A stretch of 63,973 nt of DNA, the filler included. It is 12 parts of 12 records of this genome, joined end to end, with 100 filler letters (N's around TTAATTAATTAA, not from the genome) between each part and the next. Parts side by side here need not be neighbours in the genome. Positions count along the whole stretch, not along the records: positions 1 to 2,342 come from SRR9188676_3244; positions 2,443 to 7,335 come from SRR9188676_3246; positions 7,436 to 9,791 come from SRR9188676_3253; positions 9,892 to 14,778 come from SRR9188676_3288; 8 more parts are not named here. One strand, written 5' to 3'. The translations under genes were made by a program, and so were the position numbers. The notes below the pieces were generated by a model, which had not been told where the DNA came from, did no database searches, and saw only the letters and a program-made list of their open reading frames with translations. Of the stretch, positions 1-13,159 are shown piece after piece. The number at the start of each line of letters is the position of its first letter. The stretch's first letter is position 1.

Positions 1-126
1 CATTCTTTCAGAAAACCAGCCGAAGTGGCTGCGCTGAACTGCGCTGAGTCATCGGGTACAGTCAGATGCCAGAGACATTGATAAAAGAAACACAGCATAG
101 AGCATTAAATATACCTACTTTTATTA

Positions 127-1057
127 TTACTCATCCGTCTTCTCAGAGGCGATTTTGGTTGGCTCAGGAAGATACGCATAGATAGGTAGAGCTACTGAAT
201 CATGAGTCTTGATATGAAGCGATTGGATGCCCTTCCATTTCTGGGATAATAGAAAAATTACAAGGTCAGCAGGAGGAAAGAATTACGAAAAATTGAAATA
301 ATCGCTGGGCAGATGACAAATCGACAACTGATGTTGGATTACTATGGAGTGTGTACCTTGGGAACTTGTGCAAGAATGCCTTCAACAGCAGTCATAATGT
401 TTTCCACTACTTGCTTCACAGTGAACTCGGTGCGAGCAACTTTCACAGCACTATCATCGAACAACACACAGGATGAGAACAACAAGCACGAATAGCGAGA
501 AAAAAGAATTATAGCCAACACACATACCTACAGGGACCTGCTCCTAAATGGAGAAATGTAGAATCTCTGGCTTTCTTAATTTGAGGCAAGATGGAGCCCT
601 TGCTGATATCGACGGGCACCGGCTGCTTCTTCTTGTTGAAGAAAGCTTTACCGAGCAATTGGGGAAGAAGAGGAATGATTCTCTCATCTGCTAAAAACAA
701 ATCATATGTACTACACAGATTCCGCTTTGCCTCATGGGGCTTGTACTTGTCACGCAATTTGGAGATACCAATAACTTTTTTAACGGGAGAATCAAGTCCA
801 GGACATTCCTTATCAAGTTTGTCTTTATATTCACGTTGTGGGTCCTTCGTAATGAGGCAAATTTCAGAGTCTTCGGCATAGAGTGAATGAGGAATGTAGA
901 TGCGATAAGCTTTTCGCTTCTTTTGGGGGAAGTTTCGAAGTCCGACAATGAGAGAGATGACATCATTGGATTCAATGAGCTCCTTCTTCTTCTTCTTTGC
1001 AAGCTGGATGTGTTTCAACAGCGCTGCGGCTGCCTTCTCGACCTGACTCGGATCCAT
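127..1057 (-). CDS. RSL1D1: Ribosomal L1 domain-containing protein (RSL1D1/Utp30/Cic1 family), 3 exons
   Basis: Exons 1057-528, 450-357 and 240-127 with GT-AG introns give MDPSQVEKAAAALLKH...ICLITKDPQ...KKVIGISKLRDKYKPHEAKRNLCSTYDLFLADERIIPLLPQLLGKAFFNKKKQPVPV...GPCSAVKVARTEF...KWKGIQSLHIKTHDSVALPIY...*, typical Ribosomal_L1-like motifs. Confidence 0.92.
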
Positions 1058-2342
1058 TTTCTTCTTTCTTCCCAGAGGCGAGAATATTCCAGAATTTCTA
1101 GTGACTAATGTGATAGACAAAGTGATGTGTACCGGGGTGGTGATGAACCACACTGCATCCTTTGTCGTCCCGTCGTCCCCTCCAGCGAAGTTGTGAGCTA
1201 TTCTCATCCAAGAAAATCACTTTAGAAGTCTTCCCTTCATGCTTATATTCTCATCTTCTCATTTTCTCGTCAGGTATTTTCTTCAGGGCTGCGGTAACGC
1301 GAAACTCTCAATTCTCATCAGTAAGTTCTAGATTAGACCAATTAAATGACCACATTGGTTGTATAGGATGATCATTTCATTTTTATATCTTTTTTTCTTC
1401 CTTCAGTACCATCCACAGGGGAATTCGTCGAAACATTAGATGCAACTACATTGCCATCTGAAGACGTCTTCTTGCTGAAAAGGGTACCCTTCTGGGCATA
1501 AGGAGGGGCTATTAATATTTTGTTTCTAGATCTACAGCGGCATCAGGAAATCATTGCTGTTGTCGCTTTCACGACCACCTGAGTTGGATGGTCGTCAGCA
1601 AGGTCCAGGCGAGGTTCTTCGTGGTAGCGCTCAGGAAGTTGGAAAGAATGAAAGAATAGCGCAATTGACTGGATTTTGCTGAAAAATGTCAAAGATCTCC
1701 AAACTTCTTCAAATAACCCCATCATTATTAGGTTGGTTCTGAATGTGTGCGTTTTCGAAATTTCACATCATAATGATAACATTGAGACTCTTTTCCCGCG
1801 TTGTGTTTGAATCTAGACCAAACGACAAAACCCTCTTCTTCCCAAAAGCTCCATTTTCTTCCTGATTTCAACCACATTTTCTTTATCGCTTCATCTAGTT
1901 TATGACCTCACTTTTTTAGAAGAGGAACTTATCTCATATCAAAACACAACTTGTCGTTGACTCTGCGATAAATCTCAGCCATTGGGGAGGATCCCATGAA
2001 TTTCAATATCAAGGTTAATGATGTTAATGCCAAAACCTTCGTCAAAAAAATATCGTCATTCGTGACAAAGTTTCGGACATGTTGGCCACCCCTGCCTGAA
2101 AATACTTTGGATGTTGGAAGAAAAAATAATTGCACATATGGGCGCCGCGCGGAAAAGGGGGTTAGATGGTCCGTTTTAAGTTAAATATAGACCCGAGGAG
2201 AGTGCATCACCGACTAAATAGGCGCATCAAAAAAAATCACATTCTCACTGCTGGAAGGAAGGGGTCTAACTGCTTTTGATCTGCTGGATTTTTCTGCTTG
2301 ATCTATTGACGTTCTTTCATTTTTGGCTGATATATTTGAAAG

Positions 2343-2442
2343 NNNNNNNNNNNNNNNNNNNNNNNNNNNNNNNNNNNNNNNNNNNNTTAATTAATTAANN
2401 NNNNNNNNNNNNNNNNNNNNNNNNNNNNNNNNNNNNNNNNNN
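2343..2442. other. Artificial contig-joining spacer (N44-TTAATTAATTAA-N44); 11 copies in the window
   Basis: Identical 100-nt spacers at 2343-2442, 7336-7435, 9792-9891, 14779-14878, 25273-25372, 28998-29097, 47362-47461, 51419-51518, 54680-54779, 57418-57517 and 59609-59708. The 12-mer is palindromic and supplies stop codons in all frames. Confidence 0.98.
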
Positions 2443-2738
2443 AGCGGAAAAAGAAAAGGGGGGGGTTTTGTGAGATGGATTTAGAATGAATATATGTTTC
2501 GGATTTTAGTGACGCAGTAGCATTGCGAGGTATGGCAATGATATTCTCGGGCTAGTGTCATCACCTCCAAGGCATACGGTCGTGACGATAAACCAGTACA
2601 CCCACTAAAAAAGATCAAAAATGATCTGATCTTTATTATCAGGTGCCCTACGAGAGCCTGAGGTTCAGACAGCGTTCCGAAGAGTGGCGAAAGACCCGAG
2701 AGAGGAAGAGAAGCGGAAAGAGAAGCATGGTGTCTTAC

Positions 2739-5700
2739 CATGAAAGCCGTAGTAGCTCTTGGTAATCTCTTTGCGAAGCTGCTGAAATCGGACCTCTCTC
2801 TCAGGGCTACCAGTCACGACAGCAAACTATCACATTCCATCACACACGGACTTCAATGAGTTTTGTTTTTACAATGACGATAGTCGATATTATTAAATTT
2901 TTCGCTGTACAATTGTCAGAAATATCACGACGGGATGAAAGATGACAGACAGCGAGCGATGTGAGATATCAAGAAGCCCTTTAATCCCCAAATTCTTTTT
3001 CGAGTAAAAGGTCACAAACATGGGGTCACAATTCATACCTGTACAGGGCCGATTGGCTGACCATTCACCCGAATTAGCTCATTCTCTTGCAGTTGCTTCA
3101 AATGTGACTTATTGCTCAGAATAATCCACCGCAGCAAGCAATAGCAGTGAGGATCGAATGTATTGAGGTATACGGAGAAGCTTCTTGGAGGGTTCACATG
3201 ATTGCTGGTTTTAAGGAAGGCTGTCATCTCGGGAACAGATGGCATTCGGTCTAGCACATTCTTCACGTCAGAAGAAGTAGCAATTCCCGCAATAATTCCT
3301 ATATATCACATGCAGAAGAAAGGTTATACAGTCATCAGCGAATCCTGCCACAGGCTTAATCCACTCGTGAAACACAACTTGAATTTTCAACTTGGGAACG
3401 AATTTGTTCCCTGACGGTTTCACAACAAGAATATGGGAGAGCGATGTGAGGCCCTGTAGAAAGGGCCTTCTGACCCAAATAAGGCTTCACTGGACGCGTC
3501 GGATTTGACATTCATGCAAGGATAAAGCACATCCACAGCACAACGTGCAAATGTGATTGACCTAACGAGGTGTAAGATGAATGTACCAAATCACATCTAT
3601 CACGCTCACATTTTTCGGACTACAATACCATCTACATGATCAGAGTTGTTTGTTTGAGGGTTATTTTGAGGTCGTAGAACAAATAGCTCTTGTAATAATC
3701 CGAGGACGTTCTGAAAAATGGTTCAGAATCCGAACCAATGGTCACATGAGTTACCTTTCGGAGATGGGTTCAATATTACTCCACCAGCTGGATAGATCCC
3801 ATGGGCGGCAGCTGAATATGCCAAGGAAATCAGGAGATCTACCACACCGCCATTCGAGAGAATTTCGTGCTCGACATCGAGACCAACCTCCAGGGCGACA
3901 CTCTGCTGAAGGCATACTGGCTTGTTGCATATGATGGATTTCAGGCCTTCGAATTCCTCAAAGTCCTATAAAGCAGGAAATGAGAAAAAGAAGTCAATGA
4001 CCAGTCATTCTGGATAATCGAAAACACATACAGCCATAACCACCCTACTCTTCCAGAAATCGGGAGTTTAAAGAGCGGATTAGCTCCTGAGCCATGGAGT
4101 TCTTGAAGGGAGAAATACTCTTCGTGATAGATGAAATGCGAGCCGAAGAGTGATCAAAACGTTTTGGAGACTACATATGATTGGTAAAAAAAAAAAAATC
4201 GAGAGGTTTCAGCAATGTGAGTCGATAATAATGTGAAGGCATTCGACCCCACAGGAGGAGATTCATTCTGAAGAAAGCATTTCTCTTTTCGTTCTGAGAG
4301 CAATATATTCTCTCACAAAAAGAGGTTTATTCTCGACTTCCCCCACTACATCTTCATCCTGTAGTATGTTCATTCACATAAAGCCGTCTTATTTTTTCAT
4401 TTCGTCCATGTGGCAGGTATATACCATTCATTATGATGCCCCCAATTCTTGTTCATGGATTTCCATATGCGTTGGAGATTTTACTGAAACTCGTACCTTG
4501 CTACAGTTGGGGCATCGCTTCGAAGTGTCGACGATGTTATGCTGCACAAATCTAAGCAGGGCGACGAAGAAGTTTTCATTTTCAGAACGCTCGGAGTTGT
4601 CACTATCAATGGCCCAGCGTCGAGAGTGTTTCATCGCCCGTTCTCTGTTCAGGATCAATAAAATCGGAACAATACATTATCGTGGCAAGCACGAGGGTGA
4701 AAATCATCGAGAAAATAACACTAGACCGAAGATTTCGTTGAACATTCCAGCTATTTCCCCAGCGTGTTGAAGTTATTATTGCCTCTTGAGCTATCCATAA
4801 CAAATGTAAAACAGAAGGAATTGTCCCCAAACAAAGAGAGTTTGTAAAGTATCTAGAATACAACGAGACAAGATAGCATCAGAATCCCGGAAAGCCTGAC
4901 GTCGATATGAAACAAGAGAATCGACAATTGAACATGGAGGAAATCACGGAACGGTAGTTCTCTTACCTGTCATCTGCTTTTCGACATTCTGCAATCCTGC
5001 GGGCCAGAGAGAGGCTAATCAGCCACATTTGTTCAACCATTACGCCGAAATAATCCGAGAATCAAGTCGCTTACATGACAGCGAGAATATCACTTTGCAT
5101 TACATCGGCGTCGTGGTACATCTTAAGAGCTCCACTCCACCCAAAACCATGCGTCTTGCGGTAGTGAAGGATCTTCAGGAATGCCTATAACCAAATGTAA
5201 CAAATAAAATTTGGGAAGTTCAAGAAACAATCTCGCTCGTCGTGGGAAAGAGAAGTCCGAATCCGAAGACTATTTCCTGTTCCAGAACGAGTTCAGATTC
5301 AGCAGGATGTTTCAATTGAGATTTGAGAACAAAACAGATTGCGAGAATTAAAAAGATTGCATTCGAGAATGTATGAAGCAAATGATGAGGAGGAGCGAAT
5401 CGATGACAAGCGAGGTTAACAAAGGATTCTCACAAATCCTTGAATACTTCGTGAACGAGAAGCAGAGACCCTGCGGATGCGTACTTACTTGATTTAGTAG
5501 AAGCTCGATATGTTTGCAAATCATTTTTGTTGCTGGTCGATTCTTCGAGGCTTGACGTTCGTGGAGGTAATCGACTGGTGATCCTGCAGACTCCTAGACA
5601 AATGCAACAAGCAAAAAAGATTGAGATAAGACGAATGAGGTTATCCTCGAAAAAGTACATGACTGCCCGCCAATCCGGCTTTTAATGGCTAAACTGTTCA

Positions 5701-6233
5701 ATGACTGATGACATGCATGACTTCGTTTAGGTGAGCTCGTTCATATTCATGAATGATAGAACAGTGTGGGAGCTTTGGCAAGGCATACCATGCTCGACAA
5801 CCAAATGTCGAACTTCACTGGAGAAGAAGTCTGGCCCAGGGCAGGAGGGTAATCTTTCTGAGAGAATATGCACTCTAACCAAATGAATGTCTTCGGGGTT
5901 AAGCCCCAGCTTTCCATGGCTACGTCAGTCAGGCCGAGTGATTCGATCGGGGCTACCATCCAGACACACACGTTATCTATCTGCAACGCACAAATGCCTA
6001 TGCACAGACACAACCTGAATAAACGAGGATATATCCCACCAAAAGATGAAAATCGCGATTTAATCGAACAAGAAAAAGGCTCAATTAGGAGAAGAGATGA
6101 ATTCGAAAGAGAACCGACCACTTAAATCTGTAAACCATATTCTGTTCGAAAAAATCAATTCAGAATTCTTACCTGTATGGATTTCAAGTTCCTTGCTTAC
6201 AAGCTCAATGTCCGTCAGGAATGTGGATGCCAT
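2739..6233 (-). CDS. PARP6/PARP8-like mono-ADP-ribosyltransferase, multi-exon, 3' end not recovered before the contig end
   Basis: Spliced exons read FFVALLRFVQHNIVDTSKRCPNC; GLKSIICNKPVCLQQ...GVVDLLISLAYSAA...LNPSP; LLRWIILSNKSHLKQL; FAVVTGSPEREVRFQQLRKEITKSYYGFHG. These follow the order of PARP6/8 motifs (CxxC, VVDLL, LLxWIIxSNxSH, FHG catalytic His). The start at 6233 (MASTFLTDIE) is tentative. Confidence 0.8.
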
Positions 6234-7435
6234 TCTTAGAACTCTGAAAAGCAAGTCAAATCACATGCAAATCAGTGACAGATTTTGGGGAAACGGGGAA
6301 ACTAGCGGAAAGGAGCTTCTCGCCGGGTCATGTGATGCAGATTGAGACGTCACTACTTTTCACCTGTTGAAAGTCTGTTAATTTGACTTCATATTTTCCA
6401 TAGAAAATGTGCCTCCTAAAACGGAGAAAGTCGACATCGAGAGGAGATGGTACACGATCCCAGACCAAGCAAGCGGGCTGATATAGGCTGATATCAATTT
6501 CACAATTTTATAATCTCCCATCGAATCAATCCAAGCAGCTTTTTGTTTCCAATCGCGATGATGATGAGGGAGGATTAAGAAAATCTGGATGAGGTTAACC
6601 GGCAGTGAAGGCCCCCTGCTGCGAAGGTCTGGTCGTTCACAGCTTCATAAGCACATTCTCACTGAAAAAATGAAAGACATCATGTTCTGACACACATGTA
6701 ACAGCGTCTCGAGCTGATCTCTAACGAGCCATCTCGTCATCTATCGTCATCATCTCGGAGGAGAGTCTATACAGAACAGAGTGAGAAAAGAAAACATATC
6801 AAGCGGATATGACATGAGAATAAAGCTACCTAAACAAATCGCGAAGTGTCCAGGAAGGGATGAAAAACCTGAAAAGGAAGAGCAATGGCAGATGGCAGAT
6901 GGCAGCAGCAAATGGCAATTTCGCATTCGCACAGATAATATATACGGCTTGATACGGAGGGTAAATGACGAAAAAAACCTGTGAGAAAAATCATTCTTAC
7001 CGGCTATCTTGATATTTACAAATCAGCTCAGCACAGAATGATCTAGAAATAGTTATTTCGCTCACCAATGAGGGAATGGAGAAAATCACATTCATTTGTC
7101 TTTTTTGTATATTAGCCTTCTGTCTCTGTGAGGCTTTTTGCCGCAATTTTACAACCACCTTACTCATATATATCTCTCTTGTAGCTGGCGCTCTCGCCGT
7201 TCCGTGGGGATATGATCCTGGTACATCATCGCGCAAGCCCTGCATTTGCAGCCTCGAATTAATTCGACTCTTGTTACTGCAGATGATGAATGCATTTGTG
7301 AAGTAGATAACTGCCATGCCTTCGCAACATGTGTGNNNNNNNNNNNNNNNNNNNNNNNNNNNNNNNNNNNNNNNNNNNNTTAATTAATTAANNNNNNNNN
7401 NNNNNNNNNNNNNNNNNNNNNNNNNNNNNNNNNNN

Positions 7436-7502
7436 AGAGAGAGAGAGAGAAAAGAGAGAGAAGGAAAGACAGAGAGTGCAGGCGTGTGTGTGAGAGAGAG
7501 AT
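7436..7502. repeat. (GA)n-rich microsatellite at contig start
   Basis: agagagagagagagaaaagagagagaagg...gtgtgtgtgagagagagat directly after the spacer. Confidence 0.8.
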
Positions 7503-7713
7503 AGAAGCCAAGAAAGTAAGCATGGGGCGCACCATCCCTGTAAATCCACGTCTTAAACTTGCCGGGATGGCTAGAGTGCCCTGACCTCTCTTTCTCTACC
7601 ACAGACACATTATTTCTCTTTCTCGCCCCCTAACACCCTCTATTGGCTTCATAACTGTCCCAGATTTCAACTTTACTCGAAAGTTATTCCACTTCGATGC
7701 TTCTTCTGAGTAC

Positions 7714-8804
7714 CTAGCAAGCATCCCCGTGAACCCAGTCCCAGATCTTTGGAGTTGAATGATCAAAGCGAAGGGCGAGGGGGGGGAGGAGAATGAATTT
7801 TGTCGGAGTCACAACAGCTTTTCCTACAAAAAATATAGTGGCAATGATATGGTCGTCCTGATTTTCATAGGATGACGAGAGGTTGATACTGAGGAGACGG
7901 ATTCTTCCTAAACGAAGAATATGAGGTTTGAGAAACCAAAAGGCTAGGGCGAAGATTTGTTCACCAAAATACAGCGCACTGAGAATGCCGTCCTCAAGTA
8001 ATGTTGCACATCTGAGCAGGCGCGCCAACACAAGCAGACTGGCAAACCACGCAGGGAGCGAGGAAGCGGGGAGAATGAACTTGATGATCCACAAGGTCCA
8101 TGATGAGAGTGATGCATCATTCTAACAAAGATAAGGAGATGATGTACCTCATATCGGGAATAATAGGGAAGATAAGGAAAGCCTGGCACTTCATCTCCAA
8201 GGGGATGCATTTTCAAGATCGTCGCAGTGATGTGCAGGCAGATGTAAAACATGGCCAGTTTGAGGTAGGAACTAGAAATATCATGAGATAAGCTTGAGTT
8301 CTTGGTATTTTGAAAATGAGAGGAATAAATGGGTTTTGCGTACTTTACGATGAGAACCAGATTGAGTCGTGCGTATTGTGGCTGCTTGTGTGGGAAAGTT
8401 GAGAGACCCAAGACTCGAGAATATAGGTTCATATAGGTCATTTTCTGAAAGTCGTGCGGTTTGATGCAATACAGGACTTCCCAGGAGATCATAAAATACC
8501 TGAATGAGCGAGACGCAATTGAAGTGAGAAGGACTGAGATTGGACAAATTCCATACATCGTGGCTGTAGCAGCAATAAAGAAGCGGATAAATAGTACAGA
8601 GGGTCCATCGAAAAATGTGAGAGGGATCCAGAAATCAATCAGAGCGACAAGTAGGATCAGTGATGCGCGAGTTGAATGCTTCAGGGTGCCGAAAATCGAT
8701 CGAATCCCAAACACCAGCAGGAGCATACAGATATATATCCCTTGCGCGACATTAAAATAGATTATATTCCCCCAAAACCCCAATTCCGCGACAGAATTAT
8801 CCAT
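7714..8804 (-). CDS. Multi-pass membrane protein, intron-containing; possibly MBOAT/wax-synthase-like
   Basis: ORFs 7944-8804 and 7714-8094 carry several hydrophobic helices and contain intron-like pyrimidine tracts. No diagnostic motif was seen, so the family is a guess. Confidence 0.4.
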
Positions 8805-8966
8805 TCGACCGTGTCACTTTTTTGCCCTGATCATACTTTATGGTCCACTGATAAAAATATACCCCCGGATCCAGAATCATCTTCTACCCCCCCCTCGCGA
8901 TTTCTTGTGAAGAGATCTCACTTCATTGGCCCATCACGACTCTCTCTGAAGACTCTCTCTGAAAAA

Positions 8967-9369
8967 ATGAGTTGGGGTATGCCTATAGATCTCCTTTCTG
9001 TGGATGCGAGCTTTAACGTCAATTCTTGCTTCTCACAGACGATGATGATTTCGAGATCAAGAACCCCTTGTCCTCCAACACGGCTCAAGGCAGCTGGGAG
9101 GATGATGATGAGGTATATTGATTGCTTTTCGTTGAGACAAGCTCAAAAGCTCCTGTCCCGGTGGGTCTCCTAATGTGCGAATGTTAGGTTCCCGCAATCA
9201 CCCCCGCGAAGACTGAAGCCCCTGCGCCTGCGCCTGCCGCGCCTGCTGCCCAGGGAGCAGTAAAGCCTAAGCAGCAGAAAAAGGCTGCTCTTAAGGCCGC
9301 TGAGGAAAAGAAAAACCAGGAGGCGGAAGTCAAGAAAGGCTTCGCCACCGTACAGGTGGAAGATGCATT
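8967..9369 (+). CDS. EIF3J: Eukaryotic translation initiation factor 3 subunit J (Hcr1), 5' exons
   Basis: Not in the ORF track. Exons 8967-8976, 9039-9112 and 9188-9369 (GT-AG) splice to MSWDDDDFEIKNPLSSNTAQGSWEDDDEVPAITPAKTEAPAP...KPKQQKKAALKAAEEKK, the acidic Trp-containing N-terminus followed by a Lys-rich helix that characterises eIF3j. Confidence 0.8.
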
Positions 9370-10068
9370 GTATGTGTTCTTTTTCGTATCTTTATTGATT
9401 ACTATCTCATAGTAGTCTGTCATATATCCATAATTTAGCAGTTTTGCTCGCCACGTCCCTCAGACCACTTCGTCAGCGATTCTCTGATGGTTTTTGTTTT
9501 ATCTGACAGCTCTTGCCTTTATCGTTCAAAAGAACGAAAAAAGACTGTCTAGAATATCAATCGCTAGCTTTAATATACTGCTTTCGGAGGCCCAGACCCC
9601 TCGATATCTCTCATTGCCGAGGAAATTCTCCTTGCCTCGGGGATCACGGATTCGGTTAGAAAGATTTAGATCGATATTAATATGTCTTTAATTCACTATT
9701 TAACACGAGATTCAAGAAGGGGAAAAAGCCAAAAAGACAGAAAAGACTGCGATTTTGTCTGATCCAACTTCTTTCAAAAGCCTGAGAAAAANNNNNNNNN
9801 NNNNNNNNNNNNNNNNNNNNNNNNNNNNNNNNNNNTTAATTAATTAANNNNNNNNNNNNNNNNNNNNNNNNNNNNNNNNNNNNNNNNNNNNACTCTATCA
9901 GACCATCGAAGGAGAACCAGGAGAAAGTCAAGAAATGAAATGTCTGTCAGAAAAAGTTAACATTTTTCGAATAAAATGAAACAGGTTTGATTACGAGCGG
10001 GGTCGAAGACTTACGCCTTCCCATATATATTTCCCTTCCACTGAACACGGTTTCTCGTTCTTGTTTTT

Positions 10069-11634
10069 TTACCTGTGTGTTCTGAGGGAGCCCCTCCACC
10101 TGGTGAGTGCTGACCGCGCGGTGGGCCACTGGGCGGCGGGGATATTCCGAGTGGGTGCGGTGTGCAGGGGCACGTGGCGCGAGGGCGTGAAGAAGGGCGG
10201 CATGACGCGCGGCGACACCACGGGCGAGATCGTGGCACGCTTGAGGGCGCGCGAGGTGGGCACCATGGCCGGGAGGGGCGATGCGAACGCTGCGGCAAAG
10301 GGCGCGGGCATGGGACCGGCGTGGGCGGGCGTGGGCGGCACGGACGCTGGCAGCGGCGCGTCGGAAGCGGTCTCGGACTCCACGCTGTGCCCAGATCTGA
10401 CTGATTCCGGGGCGCTTCGGCTTAACATAGGGGGCATCTCTTCACGAAGGGCCGCACGCATGTTGACAGCCAGCCCCGTACTAGTATTCGGTTGCGCCAT
10501 GATCACATGTTCTGACTCAGAGGCTGACATCAGTCCCCGCGCTGTGTTAGGTGCGCTGCCACGTGCGCTGTCAAAGATTTCCAGATCGGATTCCACTGAA
10601 AGTCAAAGCGGAATTTCCATGATCAGAAGATGTCTGGATGTAACAAGAAAGCGCTCGATCTTACATGTCCTCGAGGTCAGGGCAGGAGATGAGGGCAGAG
10701 ACATCTCGAAGGCGGTGTCGGGTGGGGACTCGGGGATGGACCATGACTGTGAGGACTGTGCGGGTATGGGCAGCGGGGGCAGATGCGGGCGCGCGCGTGA
10801 CAGTACGGGTGTCACGCTGCTCAGCAATGCAGGAATGCCACTCCCTCCCCTTGGTGACGACAGCACACCACCCGCACCCGCACTGCTTCCTGTATTACTG
10901 CTACTACCGATAAGACTTGCAGCACTCTGGTCCGCGCGGTGCTTACGAGGCGTCCGTAGCCGAGTATGAATGCTCCAAGAATCACTGGACGTCGGTGACG
11001 GAGGATCTGCAGGAAGGGAAGTGTCACCTAAGAATCGAGAAATTTCGTAAAAATCAGGAAGGAATACCTTGTATGATATCTGTGTGTGTGACAGTTTCGA
11101 CGAGGGCTATGTACGCACGACGTGCCTCCCTTTTATCCATACCACGTCGCTACAGAAGGTAGGTTAATCATTAGAGCACTTAATCAACAGATATAATCAA
11201 ATACCTGAATCCACATCTCATGCTTTAGCTTAGAATCCCGACCAAAGAGAGGTTTTCTCGAGGTACAGTCGCCAACGGTGGCTTGCATTTCATAACCATA
11301 CAGTAAAGCAGCACTCGTGGCATCCAAGGTAATTTGGTCAGAAGAGGAAACCCGTGATTTAGAGCGCTGTGAAATGACCACCGGGAGAGATCGAGCAATG
11401 GTCAGTGCCCGTTTGAAGGCTTCTTCTTCAATGTGATCATGTTTATGGAGGTCTGTAACCCATCTCTTTTCCTGAATCGAAGCATGGAAATGAATAAAGA
11501 TCGAGAAAATAGAAATAGGGATATTATACCAGTGAGGTGACGAAATCAGCGACACAATCAGCAAGTTCGGCAGGTAATTTGGCCTGATTTGACGGTGGGT
11601 CCGTCCCAGACCCTGCTTCGGTCTGGGATGCCAT
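10069..11634 (-). CDS. Acyl-CoA-binding (ACBP) domain protein with long Ser/Pro-rich tail, multi-exon, 3' end uncertain
   Basis: Spliced: MASQTEAGSG...|EKRW...FKRAL...LLYGYEMQATVGDCTSRKPLFGRDSKLKHEMWIQ|RRGMDKREARRAYIALVE, matching the ACBP consensus LYxxxxQATxGDC...W...GMxKxEA..YI.LV. It continues into low-complexity exons (ORFs 10603-10866, 10069-10596). Confidence 0.75.
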
Positions 11635-12381
11635 AGAAAATGAACCTGATCGAATGGATTAATGCAACAACCAGATTTGCTTCATCGTAGCTCGAAACTG
11701 CATCGTAAAAATCTCGATTCGAGTCGTGACAGAAGTGACTGGTAGCCGTTCGAAAATCTTTGCTTTCACCTGAGAATCCAACAAGAAAAAGTTGTTTTGG
11801 CCCGACTTTTATCAATTTCCTCATCTATTTCTTCATCTTGTTCAAATATATCTATCTTTCATGGCTCCAAAGTCATTTTTGTCAAGAGGACTGCCGTTTA
11901 TCGGCTTGACACTTGCTGGTTTCATGACTCTATCGCTCACACTCTCTGATTATGTAAGTGGTTAAAGAAACCAAGCAATCTGATAGGCCTAATTATATTG
12001 GAATTCAGCATCGGTTCAAGAAACAACATGCAAGTCGTGAGCATGCGAGTGAAGTATTGCGCCAGAACCAAGAAAAGCAAGACAAGGGAAAATATCATGA
12101 AAATTGGGACGATCGAATGGAAGCTGAGATCGAGGTATCTAAACTTCTGTCGATAGTAATTATTTCCTCTAATATTCTATTGATGTAATGTGATACAGGA
12201 GCTCCTACAAACGACCAGAAATTATGACATGGTGCCGATCTACGATCCAACTTTAAACTACGATCGAGAACATGGACGCTAATGAAATTGAATAAAGTTT
12301 TATTTTGATATTTACATACAAACGGGAACTATCTAATAGAAGAGAAAAAAGCTTGTCGGGAGGATGTAGGAGGATGGCAAT

Positions 12382-12888
12382 CTATTTTTCCTTTGTTGTT
12401 GGCCCTTCACAAGCCACAATTTTGACTTTATCCGCTGTTACTGTCTCATTTTCGATTCGGAAAGATGCATTTGCAAGACAAAGAGTCCACACGTTGTCAC
12501 AAAAGCGGAAGGTTCGAAGATCACCCTACAGGATTTGCAAAAGGAATCAGTCCTGAGTCCTGAAACGTTCAAGTCAAAGTAGTACATACCTTGAAATTCA
12601 TTCGATTTCTGATATGCAATCTGAATGCCTCCATCATTGACTAAAAGAAGAATTGAGATTGAGAAACAGCGAGAAACAACAGGGTAAAAGCAAACCTTGT
12701 CGAACTGTTTCAAGACTTTGAGTGCAAGAGTAGCAGTAATCAATTCTTTTTCTACAAGCTCATCCAGAGAAGCGCAGAGTGCTTGGCCGAGTGTAGACTA
12801 GGGTCAAATCAGGTAAGATGATGCACAGACTCACAGAGAACCAACAAAGACAGACCTCCCGGTAAAATTCATAATATTGAGTGGACAT
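12382..12888 (-). CDS. GTF2A2: Transcription initiation factor IIA gamma (small) subunit, 4 exons
   Basis: Spliced: [109 protein letters not shown], with the diagnostic FRFCDNVWT and KVKIVAC motifs. Confidence 0.95.
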
Positions 12889-13159
12889 TGTATAAGTATA
12901 TTTTCAGAGGGTGATTCTTCAAAGACACCCAGAAAGAACACAAGATGGAGAGGGAGGAGGGAGAGATCGCTTTGTATCGGGGATGGTGTATGAATGTGTT
13001 TGTTTCGACGCAATTTTCGCAATTCCCCAAAGGGAATGTTAGACTCGCTTCATTCTCTTGCATTCCCTTTTCGATCTGCTTGCTCGGATCTCAGGACGAG
13101 TTGCTGACTGACTCTTGACTCCTGACATTCCACCTCTTACTCAAGCAGCTCATCCAACA

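Noticed and set aside
1380..2342. Possible gene divergent from RSL1D1
   Set aside because: Exon-like stretches exist, but no consistent frame or recognisable motif could be built.
2387..2398. Recurrent TTAATTAATTAA palindrome as a biological repeat or CRISPR-like array
   Set aside because: Always centred in exactly 44+44 Ns: an artificial linker. No CRISPR array or cas gene was seen in the window.
10061..10969. 302-aa plus-strand ORF
   Set aside because: Antisense shadow of GC-rich exons of the ACBP-domain gene; no domain features.
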